The notes beneath the pieces are model-generated. The model was not told the DNA's origin, made no database searches, and worked only from the letters and a program-made list of their open reading frames with translations. Positions 38,414-51,581 of a stretch of DNA of 64,000 nt are shown here, one piece after another (within the stretch, counting starts at the first letter, position 1; each line of letters begins with the position of its first letter). This DNA is from Lama glama. Lineage: Eukaryota. The DNA lies in the NCBI GenBank assembly GCA_028534125.1, contig CM052817.1, forward strand, positions 35,900,001 to 35,964,000, given 5' to 3'. Position numbers and translations under genes: made by a program.

Positions 38414-41400
38414 TTTTTATTAAAGTATAGCTGGTTGACAATATTGTGTTAATTTTAGGTGTACAGCATAGTGATTTAGGTTTTTACAGATTATATTCCA
38501 TTATAGATTGTTACAAGATATTGAATATAATTCCTGTGCTATACAGTAAACCCCTGTTCCTCATCTATGTTATGGGTAGTAGTTTGTATCTCTTAACCTC
38601 ATAATCCTAATTTGTTCCTCCCTCCCTCTTTGGTAACCGTAAGTTTGTTTTCTATGTCTGTGAGTCTGTTTTATATATAGAGTCATTGTATTATTTTTTA
38701 GATACCATGTGTAAGTGATATATTATATTTGTCTTTCTCTGTCTGACTTACTTTACTAAGCATAATATTCTCTAGGTCCAAATATGTTGCTACAGATGGC
38801 AATATTTCATTCTTTTTTGTGACTGAGTAATCCAGTCATTGTGTGTGTATGTATATCACACCTTCTTTAGCCAGTTATCTTTGGATGGGCACTTGGATTG
38901 TTTCCGTATCTTGGCTATTACAGTGCTGCTGTGAACATTAGGGTACATGTATCTTTTTTAATTAGAGTTTTTATTTTTTCTGGCTATATGCCCAGGAGTG
39001 GAATTGCTGGATAACATGGTAGCTCTCTTCTTAGTTTTTTAAGGAATCTCATGTTGTTTTCCATAGTGGCTGTACCAATTTACATTCCCCTCAACAGTGT
39101 ACAAGGGTTCCTTTCTCCACACCCTCTCCAGCATCTATTATTAGTAGACTTTTTGATGATGGACATTCTGACAGATGTGAAGTTTTTGTTTGCGTTTTTC
39201 TGGTAATTAGAGATGCTGAGCATCTTTTCTTGTGCCTTTTGTCCACCTGGGTATCTTTTTTTGAGAAATATCTATTTAGATTGTCAGTTCATTTTTTGAT
39301 TGAATTGGGTTTTTTTTCCCATTGTATGATTTTTTTTAATTGAAGCGTAGTCAGTTTACAATGTTGTGTCAGTTTCTGGTGTACAACATAATGCTTCAGT
39401 CATACATGAACATGCATATATTCATTTCATATTCTTTTTCAGATACTAATATATATATATATATAACAGATAAACAACAAGTTCATACTGGATTGTTTGT
39501 TTGATGTTGAAATGTATGAACTGTTTATATATTTTAGAAATTAGGCCCTTGTTAGTCACATTGTTTGCAAATATTTTCTCCCAGTCTATAGGATTTTTTT
39601 TGTTTGTTTATGGTTTCCTTTGCTGTGCAAAAGCTTATAAGTTTGATTAGGTCCCATTTGTTTATTTTTGCTTTTATTTCTTTTGCCTTGGGAGACTGAT
39701 CTAAGGAAATATTTCTGAGAAAATATTGCTTCGATTTATGTGAATGTTTTGCCTATGTTCTCTTCTAGGAGTTTCATGGTGTCATGTCTTATATTTAAGT
39801 CTTTAAGACATTTTGAGTTTATTTTTGTGTATGCTGTGAAGGGAGTATTCTAACTTCATTGATTTATATGTGGCTATCTAATTTTCCCAGTACAACTTAC
39901 TGAAGAGACTGTCTTCTTGATGTTTTATTCTTAGTGTAAGGAAACACACTAAATTTCTGTGTATTAATCCTGTATCCTGCTACCTTGCCGGATTATTAGT
40001 TCTAGCAGTTTTTATGTGGAGGCTTTAGGGTTCTTAATATAGAATATCATGTCATCTGCAAATAGTGACAGCTTTACCCCTTCCTTTTAAATTTGGATTC
40101 CTTTTACTTTTCTTGTCTGATTGCCTTGGCTAAGACTTCCAATACTGTGTTGAAAAGAAGTGGTGAAAGTAGGCGTCCTTGTCTTGTGCCTGAATTTAGC
40201 AGTAAGGCTTTTAGTTTTTCATCACTGAGTATTATGTTGGGCTGTGGATTTGCTGTAAATGGCCTTTATCATCTTGAGGTGTTCCCTCTACACCTACTTT
40301 GGTGACTTTTTATCCTGAATGAGTGTTGAATTTTGTCAAATGCTTGTTCTCTGTTGGTTGAGATGATCATGTGGTTTCTGTCTTTCCTTTTTTAAAATGT
40401 GATATATCACTTTAATTTGCCTATGCTGAACCATCCTTGTGACCCTGGAATGAATCCAACTTGACCATGGTGTATCATCTTTTTTTGTATTGTTCAGTTC
40501 AGTTTGCTGGTATTTTGTTGAGAACAGTTGCGTCTGTATTCATCAAAGATACTGGCCTATAATTTTACTTTTTTATATTTCGTTATCAAGGTGATCAAGG
40601 TGATGGTGGCTTCATTGAATGATTTTGGGAATGTTCCTTTCTCTTCAATCTTTTTGGAAGAGTTTGAGAAGGATAGGTACAAATTCTTTGTGTGTTTGGT
40701 AGGAATCCCCAGTGAAGCCATCCAGTCCTGGACTTTTGTTTCCAGGGATATTTTTTTTTCCAATTAGAGATTCTACTTCACTTTCAGTGATTAGTCTGTT
40801 TAAACTATCTGTTTCTTCTTGACTCATTCTTGACAGGCTGTATATTTCTAGAAACTTGTCCATTTCTTCTAGGTTGTCCAGTTTCTCAGTGTATAAATGT
40901 TCATGGTATTCTCTTAGGATTTGTGTGTGTGTGTGTGTTGGTTGTTATGTCTGCTCTTTCACTTCTTACTTATTTGGGTCCTCTTTTCTTCTTGGTGAGC
41001 CCAGCTAAAGGCCTGTTGATTTTGTTTATCTTTTGGGAAAGCCTGCTCTTGGTTTTATTGCTTTTTTTCTGTTTTTAAATCTCCATTTCTTCTCTGACTT
41101 TTATTTCCTTCTTTATGCTGACTCTGAGTTTTTTGTTCTTTTTCTAATTCTTTTAGGTGATAGGTTAGGTTGTTTATTTGAGCTTTTTCTTGTTTGAGGA
41201 AAGCCTATATTGCTATGAACTTCCCTCTTAGAACTGCTTTTGCTGTGTCATAGATTTTGTAAAGTTCTGTTTTCATTGTTGTTTGTATCAAGGTATTTTC
41301 AGGATTCTTTTTTGACTTATTGGTTTTTTAGTAGCATGTTGTTTAGTCTCCATGTGTCTGTTCTCCTCCCATTTCTTTTCCTGTTGTTGTTTTCTAGTTT

Positions 41401-44027
41401 TACACTGTTGTGGTCAGAAAAAATGTTTGAAATAATTTCTACTTAAATTTGTTGAGGTTTGTTTTGTGACCTAGTATGTAGTCTGTCCTAGAGAATGTTC
41501 CATGTGTGCTTGAAAAGAATATGTATTTTTTGGAGGTCGTGTCCTGTAGATACCAATGAAGTCCAATTGGCCTGTTGTGTCATTTAGGACCTCTGTTGTG
41601 TTACTGATGTTCTGTCTGGATGATCTGTCCATTGATGTCAATGAGGTGTTAAGATCTCCTACTATTTATCGTATTATTGTCAGTTTCTCACTTTATGTCT
41701 GTTAGTATTTGCTTTAAATATTTAGATGCTCCTGTATTGGTTGAGTATATGATAACATGTGTAATATCCTCATCTTGGATTGATCCCCTTATCATTATAT
41801 ATTGCCCTTCTTTGTCTTATGACCTTTGTCTTAGTCTCTTTTGTCTGATAAGAGTATTTCTTTCCCCACTTTCTTGTTTTTTTTCCATTTGCATGAAATA
41901 TCTTTTTCCATCTCCTTACTCCAGTCTATGTCTTTTATGCTGAACTGAGTCTCTTGTAGGCAGCATATTGCAGGTTCTTGTTGTTTTAATCCAGTCTGCC
42001 ATTGTCTTTTGATCCATGCATTTAGTCCATTGACATTTAAAATAATTATTGTTAGAAATGTACTTATTGCCATTTTAATCATTGTTTCCCAATTGTCTTT
42101 GTACTTTTTCTTCATTTCTTCTTTGTGCTTTTCCTTTTGTGGCTTGATTTACTTTTGTAGTGTTCTTGAGTTCCTTTCTTTGTGGGTTTTGTGAATCTGT
42201 GTTATGGTTTTGATTTGTGGTTACCATGGAGTTCAAGTGTATTGACCCATAACTATATCTACTTTCTTTAAACTGATAGTCATAAAAATTAAAATACATT
42301 CTAAAAGATCTACATTTTTATACTCCCCTCCTTCCACATTTTGTGATTTTGATGTCTTATTTTACATCTTCATGCTTACACTTTTACTATTTGCTGTGGT
42401 TATAATTGCTTTTACATTTTTTATTTTTAATCTGCATGCTGGCTTTTTAAGTGATTTCAATCCTTTTATATATTTGCATTTCCTATTGTGACTTTCCCTT
42501 TTCTGTAGATTCTTGCTGCTTTTCTTTGTAAAGAAGATCTTCCAGTATTCTCTTAGGGTAAATTTAGTATTACTTAATTCTTTTAGTTTTTGCTCATCTG
42601 AGAAATTCTTTACCTCTCCTTCTATTCTAAATGATAATCTTTCTGGGTAGATTATTCTAGGTTGCAGGTTTTTCCCTTTCAGGAATTTGAATGTATCATG
42701 GCCATTCCCTTCTGTCCTGCAAAGATTCTGCAGAGATACAAGCTGATAGCCTTATGGGGGTTCCCTTGTAAATGACTTTTTCTCTTGCTGCCTTTAAAAT
42801 TCTCTCTTTATCTGTAAGTTTTGCCACTTTAATTATGATATGCCTTGGTATAGGTCTGTTTGAGTTCATCTTGTTTGGGCCCTTTGTGCTTCCTGTACCT
42901 GGTTATCTGTTTCCTTCTTTAGGTTTGGAAAGTTTTCAGCCATAATTTCTTCAAATACATTTTTGATTTCCTTTTCCCTTCTCCTTCTGGAATCCCTATA
43001 AAGCATGACAATCTATGCATATTATCTCATAGGTCTCATGTGTTGCTTTCTTTGCATTTTTTTCATTTGTCATTTTGTCTGCTGTTCTGAGTGGGTTATT
43101 TCTATTACTCCATCTTCCAGATCATTTTTTCATCTTGTGCATTAATTGGTTTCTCTTTATAGTTTCTAGTTCCTTATTACAGTGATCTGCATTTCTATAG
43201 ATCATCTTTCTTAATTCCTTTAGCATTTTTATTACCTCCTTTTTGAAGTTGGGGCCTGGGAGACCAGAGAGATCTGTTTCATTGTTCTTTCAGGGGATTT
43301 CTCTCATTGTTTTAACTGGGAGTAATTCCTCTGCTTTTTCATTTTTCCTCTATTTCACTGGCTTTATGAATTTAGGAGAAACAATTACCTACTTTGGTCT
43401 TGAAGGGCTGGTTTTATATGGGAGCATCCCTGTGCAATGTGTGAGTCCAATATTTTCGGTGTGAGGGCTGTTTTTGTTACGGATGCCTGCCACATCTTCC
43501 CTCAGTGTACTGGCTGTTGTTCTCTTGATAGGGTGTGTTTGGTGTAATGGTGACCAGAGCCTGTGCTGGATGTTGAATGGGGCCTTCTCTTTGCTATGTG
43601 GTTGTCACAGTCCTGTTGAGGGCAGGGTCTGCCCTCCAGTTGTTGGAGTAGGTGTCATCATGTGGTTCTAAGTAGCGATGTGAGGTGGGCAGGACTGGAA
43701 GACTTCTCTGGAAAAGGGGTTGCTGTGTGTTCTTCCTAGGAGCTGTTAGCAGGTCATGAGACTGATGCCACCCACCACCTGGTGTGTGGGGCTCATGAAA
43801 ATCACTGCTGCTGTAGCTGTTCCCCGACCCGCCTCTGCTGTGGGAGCACCAATAAACTGCTCGGCCTTAGTTCCACCTCTGGCTTGTGTTTACTCCCAAA
43901 GTGTATGCCCTCAAAGCTCGTCAAAGGTACACCTGCTGTGGGAGCACCAACAATTGGCTTAGGTGTCAGCCTCTCCTCCATAAGTGCCCAGCCACAAACT
44001 CTGCTTCTGCAGAATCCACCTTTATAG
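38414..44027 (-). mobile_element. Near-full-length decayed L1 (3' UTR, deleted ORF2, ORF1, probable 5' UTR)
   Basis: Minus-strand ORF fragments are L1-like: [10 protein letters not shown]...[10 protein letters not shown] (ORF2), IIILNVNGLN...ICCLQET (endonuclease) and an ORF1-like region near 42.5-43.0 kb. Many stops and frameshifts. Confidence 0.9.
39330..39490 (-). mobile_element. Short L1 3' end with 5' inversion, nested in the large L1
   Basis: 39330-39440 is an antisense L1 3' terminus. 39441-39490 is an upstream 3' UTR piece in the opposite orientation. Confidence 0.7.
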
Positions 44028-45339
44028 TAATTCCATCTAATGTACAACACATATTCAAATTTCCGTAGTTGTCCCATGGAAAATTGGCTACTTTTTTCTT
44101 CTATTTTTCAGCCAGGAACCAGTCAATATTCATATATTACATTTGAAGCTTGTGTAATTTCTTTGAAATCTAGAACTAGTCTTTTCCTCATGACATTAGT
44201 GTTTCAAAAATTCCAGGCTAGTTGTCTGTTAGAATGGCCCTGATTCCTAATTTGTCTGTTTCCTCACTGACATTTAACTTGTTCTTTTAGCTCCTGAACT
44301 TCATGTAAACTGTTAGATTTAGAGGCTAGATGAGCATCAGCTTAAACATTTTTGGCAAGAATATTTTATAAATGATGTTTTCTGCATGTTGCATCACATC
44401 AGGAGCACATAATGTCAACTCATCATGATGAGTGATGATAAATTTAATCTTTTGAGTTAAGCTGAGTCCTCAGAGATATCAAGTGTAAAGGTAAATTTTT
44501 TTTTCCCTTTGCAAATACTGTGTGATCTTTGAGACTCTGAAAATCCTGTTCTCCAACAACTTTTCACCTGCTTTAGCATCCACTGACAATCCTTGGCAAA
44601 ATTATTTGTTAAATGATTAGTTGAAAATGCTCATTTTCTAATTCTGTTGTTCCTTCTATATTTAGCTGCAGCATGTTCTGTAAAGAGGACTTTTACTTTT
44701 TTAACCCATTCCCCTCACTCTTCCTAGGATCACTGTTGATTCCGGGATTTGTGTTTATACCGGATGTGGTAATCATTTACAGTTCTTACTCGTGGTGCTC
44801 CAGCTGACCTAAACTTGGCCGATAGGAACTGTGTCAGTTGGCCCACAGGTCTTTTTGACACACCCCATTAGTCCTTAAGCATTTCCTTGCCTTCTAGAGC
44901 AAGATGTCTCGGGCTTATCTTGTACTTTCCGTGCACCCCTTTTATTTGGTGTGGAGCATCTGTTCTGCTTCCACACCCTGCTTAGCTGTATTAGTCCTAG
45001 CCCCGTTTGCAAAGAGTTTTCAAGTGCACAGGTCTGAATTTAACCAGCAGTGTAGCCTGATTGTCCTTCAAACTGCCTTAACCTTGTGGTACTTAAATTC
45101 TTGGAGGATTGCCTTAAGGAAAAACAGGCAGTTGAATTCAGTAGTCTAAAATCGATTTTTGTATTAAGCTCTGTAAATAGAGTGCTGTATGTAGTATTGT
45201 CCCCCTCGGGGCTTCACAGAACCACTTACATTAAAGTTTCTGTAAATACCAAAGTCTTTCAGGGTTCCGAGCTCATATGTTAGAGCCAGAGCAGTGCGGT
45301 ATTATATTCTGGCTCTCCAACTGTATGAGACAAGTTTCT

Positions 45340-45490
45340 TTTTCTTCGTGCCTTAATTTTCTTGTCCAGATTGGAATAGTAAAAGTACCTACTGATAAGT
45401 TTGTTTTGAAATTTTGAGGTTTTAATTTTAAAGCCCTTACAGTAGAGTCTGGCACAAAATCAGCACTCAGTAAATGTTGGCTATTATAAA
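45340..45490 (+). mobile_element. MIR
   Basis: gccttaattttcttgtccagattggaatagtaaaagtacctac...tggcacaaaatcagcactcagtaaatgtt. Confidence 0.65.
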
Positions 45491-45681
45491 AACTCAAGAC
45501 TTCTGAAATGCGTCCTACTGATAAAAGCCTTCTCTGTGTGGATTCTAATATCAAAAATAGTGATGTTGCTTCTGAGCATATCTTAAGGAGACCAAGAAAC
45601 ATATAAATAATCCTATTTTCCTCTACTATAAGAATAATAATTTTGTTTTATCTTTAGCAAGTGAGCTTTCCCAGTATAAGC

Positions 45682-45870
45682 TTTTTTTAATTGAAATATA
45701 GTCAGTTACAATGTATGGATTTCTGGTGTACAGCAGAATGTCCCAGTCACGCATATATACGTATGTTTGTTTTCATATTCTTTTTCATTAAAGGTTATTA
45801 CAAGATATTGAATATAGTTCACTGTGCTATACAGAAGAAATTTGTTTTTTATCTTTGTATATATAGTGGT
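45682..45870 (-). mobile_element. Young L1 3' end fragment
   Basis: Close match to 58712-58910 (catattctttttcattaaaggttatt...ctgtgctatacagaagaaatttg). Confidence 0.85.
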
Positions 45871-45889
45871 TGATTCTCAACACTTTCTT

Positions 45890-46120
45890 TTTGGAGACAG
45901 CATTAAGCATGTGTCCTCTGGACTCAGATTGCCTGTGTCACTGCTGGCCACATCACATCTTTGACAGCACCTGGAGCACATTACTTGGCTGCTCTGTGAA
46001 ACAGAGTTCACAAACGTTTCTTCCTTTCCAGTGTGTCTTTATTAGGATTTAATGAGTGAAGCCATCTGAAGTGACTGATATAGTCAGTAAACATTCCATA
46101 AAAGTTAGTTGTCATTATCA
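45890..46120 (+). mobile_element. MIR
   Basis: ttaagcatgtgtcctctggactcagattgcctg...aggatttaatgag...gttagttgtcattat. Confidence 0.55.
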
Positions 46121-46237
46121 TTCTGATTTTCTCTTATTTTCTAAAACCCTGGTTTACTCTCCACTCATGATTATTATTTCTTTTTTCTTTTTCCAGGGCA
46201 CTTTTATCAGTTGGAGGGGGGTGGTGTGTGTGTGTGT

Positions 46238-46692
46238 GTTGCTACCAAACAGAAATGGATGATTCTGGCTAACTTAAGACCAAAGAAACTTCACTGGAAA
46301 GCTGTGGAGTAGCTCACCATGTGGAAGGAACAGCTGGAGAACCAGTGTCAGAGAGGGCAGCCAAAGGACCATACATAGCAGCTCCAGTGATGCAGCTGGC
46401 AAGAGTTAGTCTACTGGTTAGTTAATCTAACCATCCAGTGAGAGCACTGTGGCTGGAATAAATTAACCCCAACTATGTTTCTGTCCTTGTGACAGTCTGC
46501 TCAGGCTTCAGTGGTCTGCAGGAGGAAGGGTCTGATGGGCTAGGGTGCCCAAGCCCAGCCCTTCCTAAAGGCAGGGCAGCGGTTGGAGTGGTCACCTCAT
46601 CAGAGCTGTGCACACTGAGGGTGTGGTCATTCCCCCAAAGGCAGGCAGGATTTGTCACTAGGAAAAAGGAGAAATAGAGGCTAGGTGGCCCC
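46238..46692 (-). mobile_element. Very old MaLR LTR (MLT1-family)
   Basis: gttgctaccaaacagaaa...tctggctaacttaag...aacaaatgtccactac. Confidence 0.5.
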
Positions 46693-47964
46693 CAATCAAC
46701 AAATGTCCACTACTGTCCTGGTGTGCGCATTTTGTGAGCTAGTTAAGTATTTTTGATCATAAATAAAAGCATAGAAAAACAAGGTCACCATTGATTATGA
46801 AAATGAATATTGATATAAAATTAGGTGACATGGGCTGAGCCCTTTCTCACTGAGTTCACTGCAACTTTTTGGGTCCTGGTTTCCTTTCCTCAAGTGATAC
46901 TATAAGCACTAAATGACCCCTACAGATTGTTCCCAAGATTCCCTGTCTGCCTTTTAATGTGAGAACCTAAATTGCTTTTACAGACGCAAACAGAGTCCAG
47001 TTTTCAAACTCAAGTGATGAATAGGAATATATGCAAAGCTAAGATTGACTCAGAATACCTCAATTAGTAACTTATTTTTCAGCTTATATTAGATCAAGAA
47101 AAGTTAAGTGTGTGTTTGAAGGGAAGCTGAAATTCCACAGACACATTTATAAAGAGAATGATCTAACATTGAATAAAGGTAGAAAGTAATTTCAGCTTAA
47201 ATGGAATTTGTCATAAATGGCTTTTCATTTCCTTAGTTTTATTTTTTTTATGAGTAAGGAACTATTGAATATTTCTTAGTACTTACCATAAAGGATATTT
47301 TATATTTGTTCTAAGCCCATCACTGAAGAATTGATTTGGATGTCTCTGAAAATAAAGCTGTCTGTTTCATTGTGGTGGTTTTAAAACAGTATTTACTTTT
47401 TAAAAAGTGTAAACCTAAATTAGATTACCAATTAAAAGCAATAGTCAGATGTTCCTTTATTACTATGATTACATATAAACTTGCCTATGTAATATGGCTC
47501 TATGTTGAGTAAACAGGTAGTTTAATTTGCAATCAGTTCAAGATGTATGAGGTTAATGACATGTCTCAGACTTGAAAATACTGAACCATAGTGCCAGGAG
47601 TGCTTATTTACACTGTCTGTTAACAGGAGACACAGCATATTGACTGTACTCGAGTGAAGGGCAAAATTAGGAACAGGGCTAGCAGCAGAGAGACTGTTCA
47701 TTTAGGTTTTAAACTGACATTTAGACAGAATTCTAAGAAAGCCTTGAAAATTTCTAGCAAAAACTTGAGAAATTCTGATACTAATGTGCAAAATGATTTT
47801 ATCTTTATCTTTCAAAAGTCATACCTAAATATGTTAGATTTAGAGGTCTATGGAGAATAATTAGTCATCAGGTTGGTCCTCACAGACATTAAGTACAGGA
47901 GTGGTTGCGTATCTCTCAATTTTTTGAGAAGAAATCAGAATAATTTCCTAGAAGAAGCATGGTG

Positions 47965-48215
47965 ATGAGGATAACAGTACTTACTGAGTATTCCAGACAT
48001 TGGTCTCATTCTTGTTACGTGTACGAGCTCATTTCAGCCTCATATGTTCATATGAGATAGGAACCTCTGGTATCCCCATTTCGTAGATGGGGGAACAGAG
48101 GCACACGGAGTGTAAGTGACTTGTCCAGGGTTACACAGCTAATAAGATCAGAATGGGATTTGAAACAGGGAGTCTGGTTCCACAGTCCATGCTCTAAACC
48201 ACTGTGCTGTATTGT
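47965..48215 (-). mobile_element. MIR (near full length)
   Basis: tatccccatttcgtagatgggggaacagaggcac...taagtgacttgtccagggttacacagctaataag...ggatttgaa. Confidence 0.85.
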
Positions 48216-49921
48216 GTCTGTAAGAAGGTGAAATAAAAGATAAAATTTGTATAATTTAACCTTATACTGTCAGCTGGCTTTAATGCCACACTTGAGACCA
48301 TTTTCAGTTTCATTATTACAGGTTGCTTTTTGGCTGCTTACTCACCAGACAGACCTGGTTGACTGAAACTTCCCATTTGTTCGTTCATTTGAAGGAGATG
48401 GATAGATTTTTAAACTCACACACACAAAAATGGTAGTTGTTACAAGTTTGACTTGACTTCCTTGGTGACAGAGATGATAAGCTCTAGCCCCTACTGCTCT
48501 GTAGTAGCTAACACTGTGCCTTATTAGTAGTACTAATGGGTACTAAATCTATGTTTTAACTTTACATTGCTGAATCCTCACTAGGGAAATATGGCTTTCA
48601 AATATGACCTATTAAAATCTGCAAATATGTCTATAAAAGTTGGTCTGATTATGTAGATTATAAAATTCAAGGTCAAATTGAAATTATGGGGACCTTACTA
48701 AAAATCAAGATTATAGAATTACCTTTGTGTAATTGTCATGTGTCACATACAATATTTATCATAGTTTGTTACTATAATTATACACAAACTGCACTTTAAT
48801 ATAAATCTAAATTAAGGAGAGAAACACAGACTTAGGGTCAGATGAGACTGTCTTCTGACCAGTTCCATGACTTTTACCAGATTACTTCTTAAGTCTTTGA
48901 TCTTTGTTTCCTCAGCTATACAATGAAGGTAATGATCCTGCTTTTAGATTGTTTAACAGCTGCATGAGCCTGCACTTATAATATTGACACTTTTTAATTA
49001 GTGAACATTTCCCCCAATCTGCTTCCTCTCTCCCCAGATAAAATTGTTCACATTTTGTCATCTTTTCAGTATTTAAAGATATACACTTTTATATAGGAAT
49101 ACGCTTTTTTAAAAAAGAAATCCCTATTTAGTTATATTGAACCATATTAAAATTTATCTTTTAAACTGCTTCCTTGGGGAGAATTTTTCTATTAAACGGA
49201 AGAAACAGATTTGTATAGAGATTTCACTGTGGTGATAACTTGAATTAGTTGAATGTAAATTGTGTTTTTTTATTTATTATATGTTGAAGTTTTAAAAGTT
49301 GTGATTACCTGAAACATTGCTTTTTCAGAGATGATAACATTTTGAACTACGATGAGAATTAAGTTGATTTTATGTGCCAAAATTTTATTGAGATATTCAG
49401 ATATAATCAAGTCAGAGAAATAAATGTTCACTCTACATATATATGTATTTTTTCTAACCCTTCAAATTAAAGCTACCTTAAAATGGCATCTAGATCAATT
49501 TTTATGTTGGGAAACATCTTACTCTTTCAGAATCTGCGTGGGGTTTCAATGTTCTTATAAATGTTTTATTTTCCTGTTAACCAGGTTGTGAGTCACACCC
49601 CCGGTTACTGTAGTAATATATCTAAGATACTGCAGTGTATTGCTCCCTCTCTTAGCTACACTTAAGTGTGGTTAAGTGTGGCTTTAGGTTTCTCATTATT
49701 TTTCACTCCTTTTAACCAGTATATCAGCGTGTGCCATTCTCAGCACTGAGCAACCTGAGAGAGAGAGGAGGGATTTTGATTTGAGTTGAAGTAAAAATAA
49801 GTCAAGACCACTGCTCTATGTCTCCAAACGCTTACACTTTAATTCAGGTGATTCTGTTGTAACCATGCAACCGCCTGTGGTAAATATGACTGACTGCTCT
49901 TTCTTCTTACGCTGTTTTAAG

Positions 49922-50111
49922 CAAAGTAAAGCTGCAGTTCGGCTGAAGGGAGACATGAAAAAGATAGCGGCAGTGCCACAAAGCGAGCAGAAGAATTCCA
50001 CCTACAAAAAGTTATTTGGCGTCAGTCTCCAAGACCTTCATCAGCAGGGCCTCACTGAGAATGGCATCCCAGCTATAGTGGGGAGCATAGTCGAGTACTT
50101 GACCAAGCACG
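49922..50111 (+). CDS. FAM13A: FAM13A coding exon 2 (QSKAAVRLKG...KLFGVSLQDL...IVEYLTKH), start of the RhoGAP domain
   Basis: Pyrimidine tract and ttttaAG acceptor (49920-49921), 190 nt, donor G|GTGAGT at 50112. The FGVSL and IP-IV motifs are typical of a RhoGAP N-terminal boundary. Confidence 0.95.
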
Positions 50112-50404
50112 GTGAGTCCTGTCATGTTTTAATTCCATTGTTTTTACAGAAGAAGGTTTTTGTGTGAATAACATCATAACGTGTTACTAGCATATACCCT
50201 AAAACACCTTAATTAGATCATCAAATTATGGTGTAATATATTTTGCCCTTATAAAAAGACATTAAGAGCATTATGGCGGCTTAACATTATTTTGACAATA
50301 TTAAATGAATTTGTCATGGAGCTATCACTTTAATTACTGAGGTTTCTAGTTCGGAACGATTTCTAGGTTTTTTGGGTTTTTTTGTTTGTTTTTTCTTCTG
50401 CCCA

Positions 50405-50805
50405 TTTTTTTTAACATTTTTTTTTATTGAGTTATAGTCAGTTTACAATGTTGTGTTAATTTCTAGGGTAGAGCACAATTTTTCAGTTATACATGAATAT
50501 ACATATATTCATCGTCACATTCTTTTTCGCTGTGAGCCACCACAAGATCTTGTATATATTTCCCTGTGCTATACAGTATAATCTTGTTTATCTATTCTGC
50601 ATATGCCTGTCAGTATCTACAAATTTTGAAATCCCAGCCTGTCCCTTCCCACTCCCCGTCCCCTTGGCAACTACAAGTTTGTATTCTATGTCTATGAGTT
50701 TGTTTCTATTTTGTATTTATGTTCTTTTTTTTTTAATTCCACATATGAACAATCTCATATAGTATTTTTCTTTCTCTTTCTGGCTTACTTCACTTAGAAT
50801 GACAT
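50405..50805 (-). mobile_element. Young L1 3' UTR running into the assembly gap
   Basis: T-rich tail, then ttattgagttatagtcagtttacaatg...tggcttacttcacttagaatgacat, ending at the Ns. Confidence 0.88.
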
Positions 50806-51305
50806 NNNNNNNNNNNNNNNNNNNNNNNNNNNNNNNNNNNNNNNNNNNNNNNNNNNNNNNNNNNNNNNNNNNNNNNNNNNNNNNNNNNNNNNNNNNNNNN
50901 NNNNNNNNNNNNNNNNNNNNNNNNNNNNNNNNNNNNNNNNNNNNNNNNNNNNNNNNNNNNNNNNNNNNNNNNNNNNNNNNNNNNNNNNNNNNNNNNNNNN
51001 NNNNNNNNNNNNNNNNNNNNNNNNNNNNNNNNNNNNNNNNNNNNNNNNNNNNNNNNNNNNNNNNNNNNNNNNNNNNNNNNNNNNNNNNNNNNNNNNNNNN
51101 NNNNNNNNNNNNNNNNNNNNNNNNNNNNNNNNNNNNNNNNNNNNNNNNNNNNNNNNNNNNNNNNNNNNNNNNNNNNNNNNNNNNNNNNNNNNNNNNNNNN
51201 NNNNNNNNNNNNNNNNNNNNNNNNNNNNNNNNNNNNNNNNNNNNNNNNNNNNNNNNNNNNNNNNNNNNNNNNNNNNNNNNNNNNNNNNNNNNNNNNNNNN
51301 NNNNN
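50806..51305. other. Assembly gap (500 N)
   Basis: Run of N. Confidence 1.
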
Positions 51306-51541
51306 CTAATGATCTGGAATGATTCCTAGTTTTAAGTGCTGAAATCCCCTGTTCTAATATTAATAGTGAGTTCTCTTGATTCATTAAATTCCAACTGATA
51401 ATCAATAATTTTTAATGTAGCAGAATACTTTTTGAGTATCTCTTTTAGCTTGAGATCAGTCATCAACTTATTGAATACCTTGATGTACTCCAGGGTCAGT
51501 GAGGTACCACAAAAACTATGATTTATAACCTACTGTGGGCA

Positions 51542-51581
51542 GTGTGTGTGTGTGTGTGTGTGTGCGTGCGCATGTGTGTGG
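51542..51581. repeat. (GT)n microsatellite, interrupted
   Basis: Read directly from the sequence. Confidence 0.9.

Noticed and set aside
40528..42299. Novel endonuclease or reverse transcriptase gene
   Set aside because: Fragmented L1 ORF2 with many stops and frameshifts.
50794..51405. ORFs of 203 and 176 aa
   Set aside because: Artefacts of translating through the N gap.
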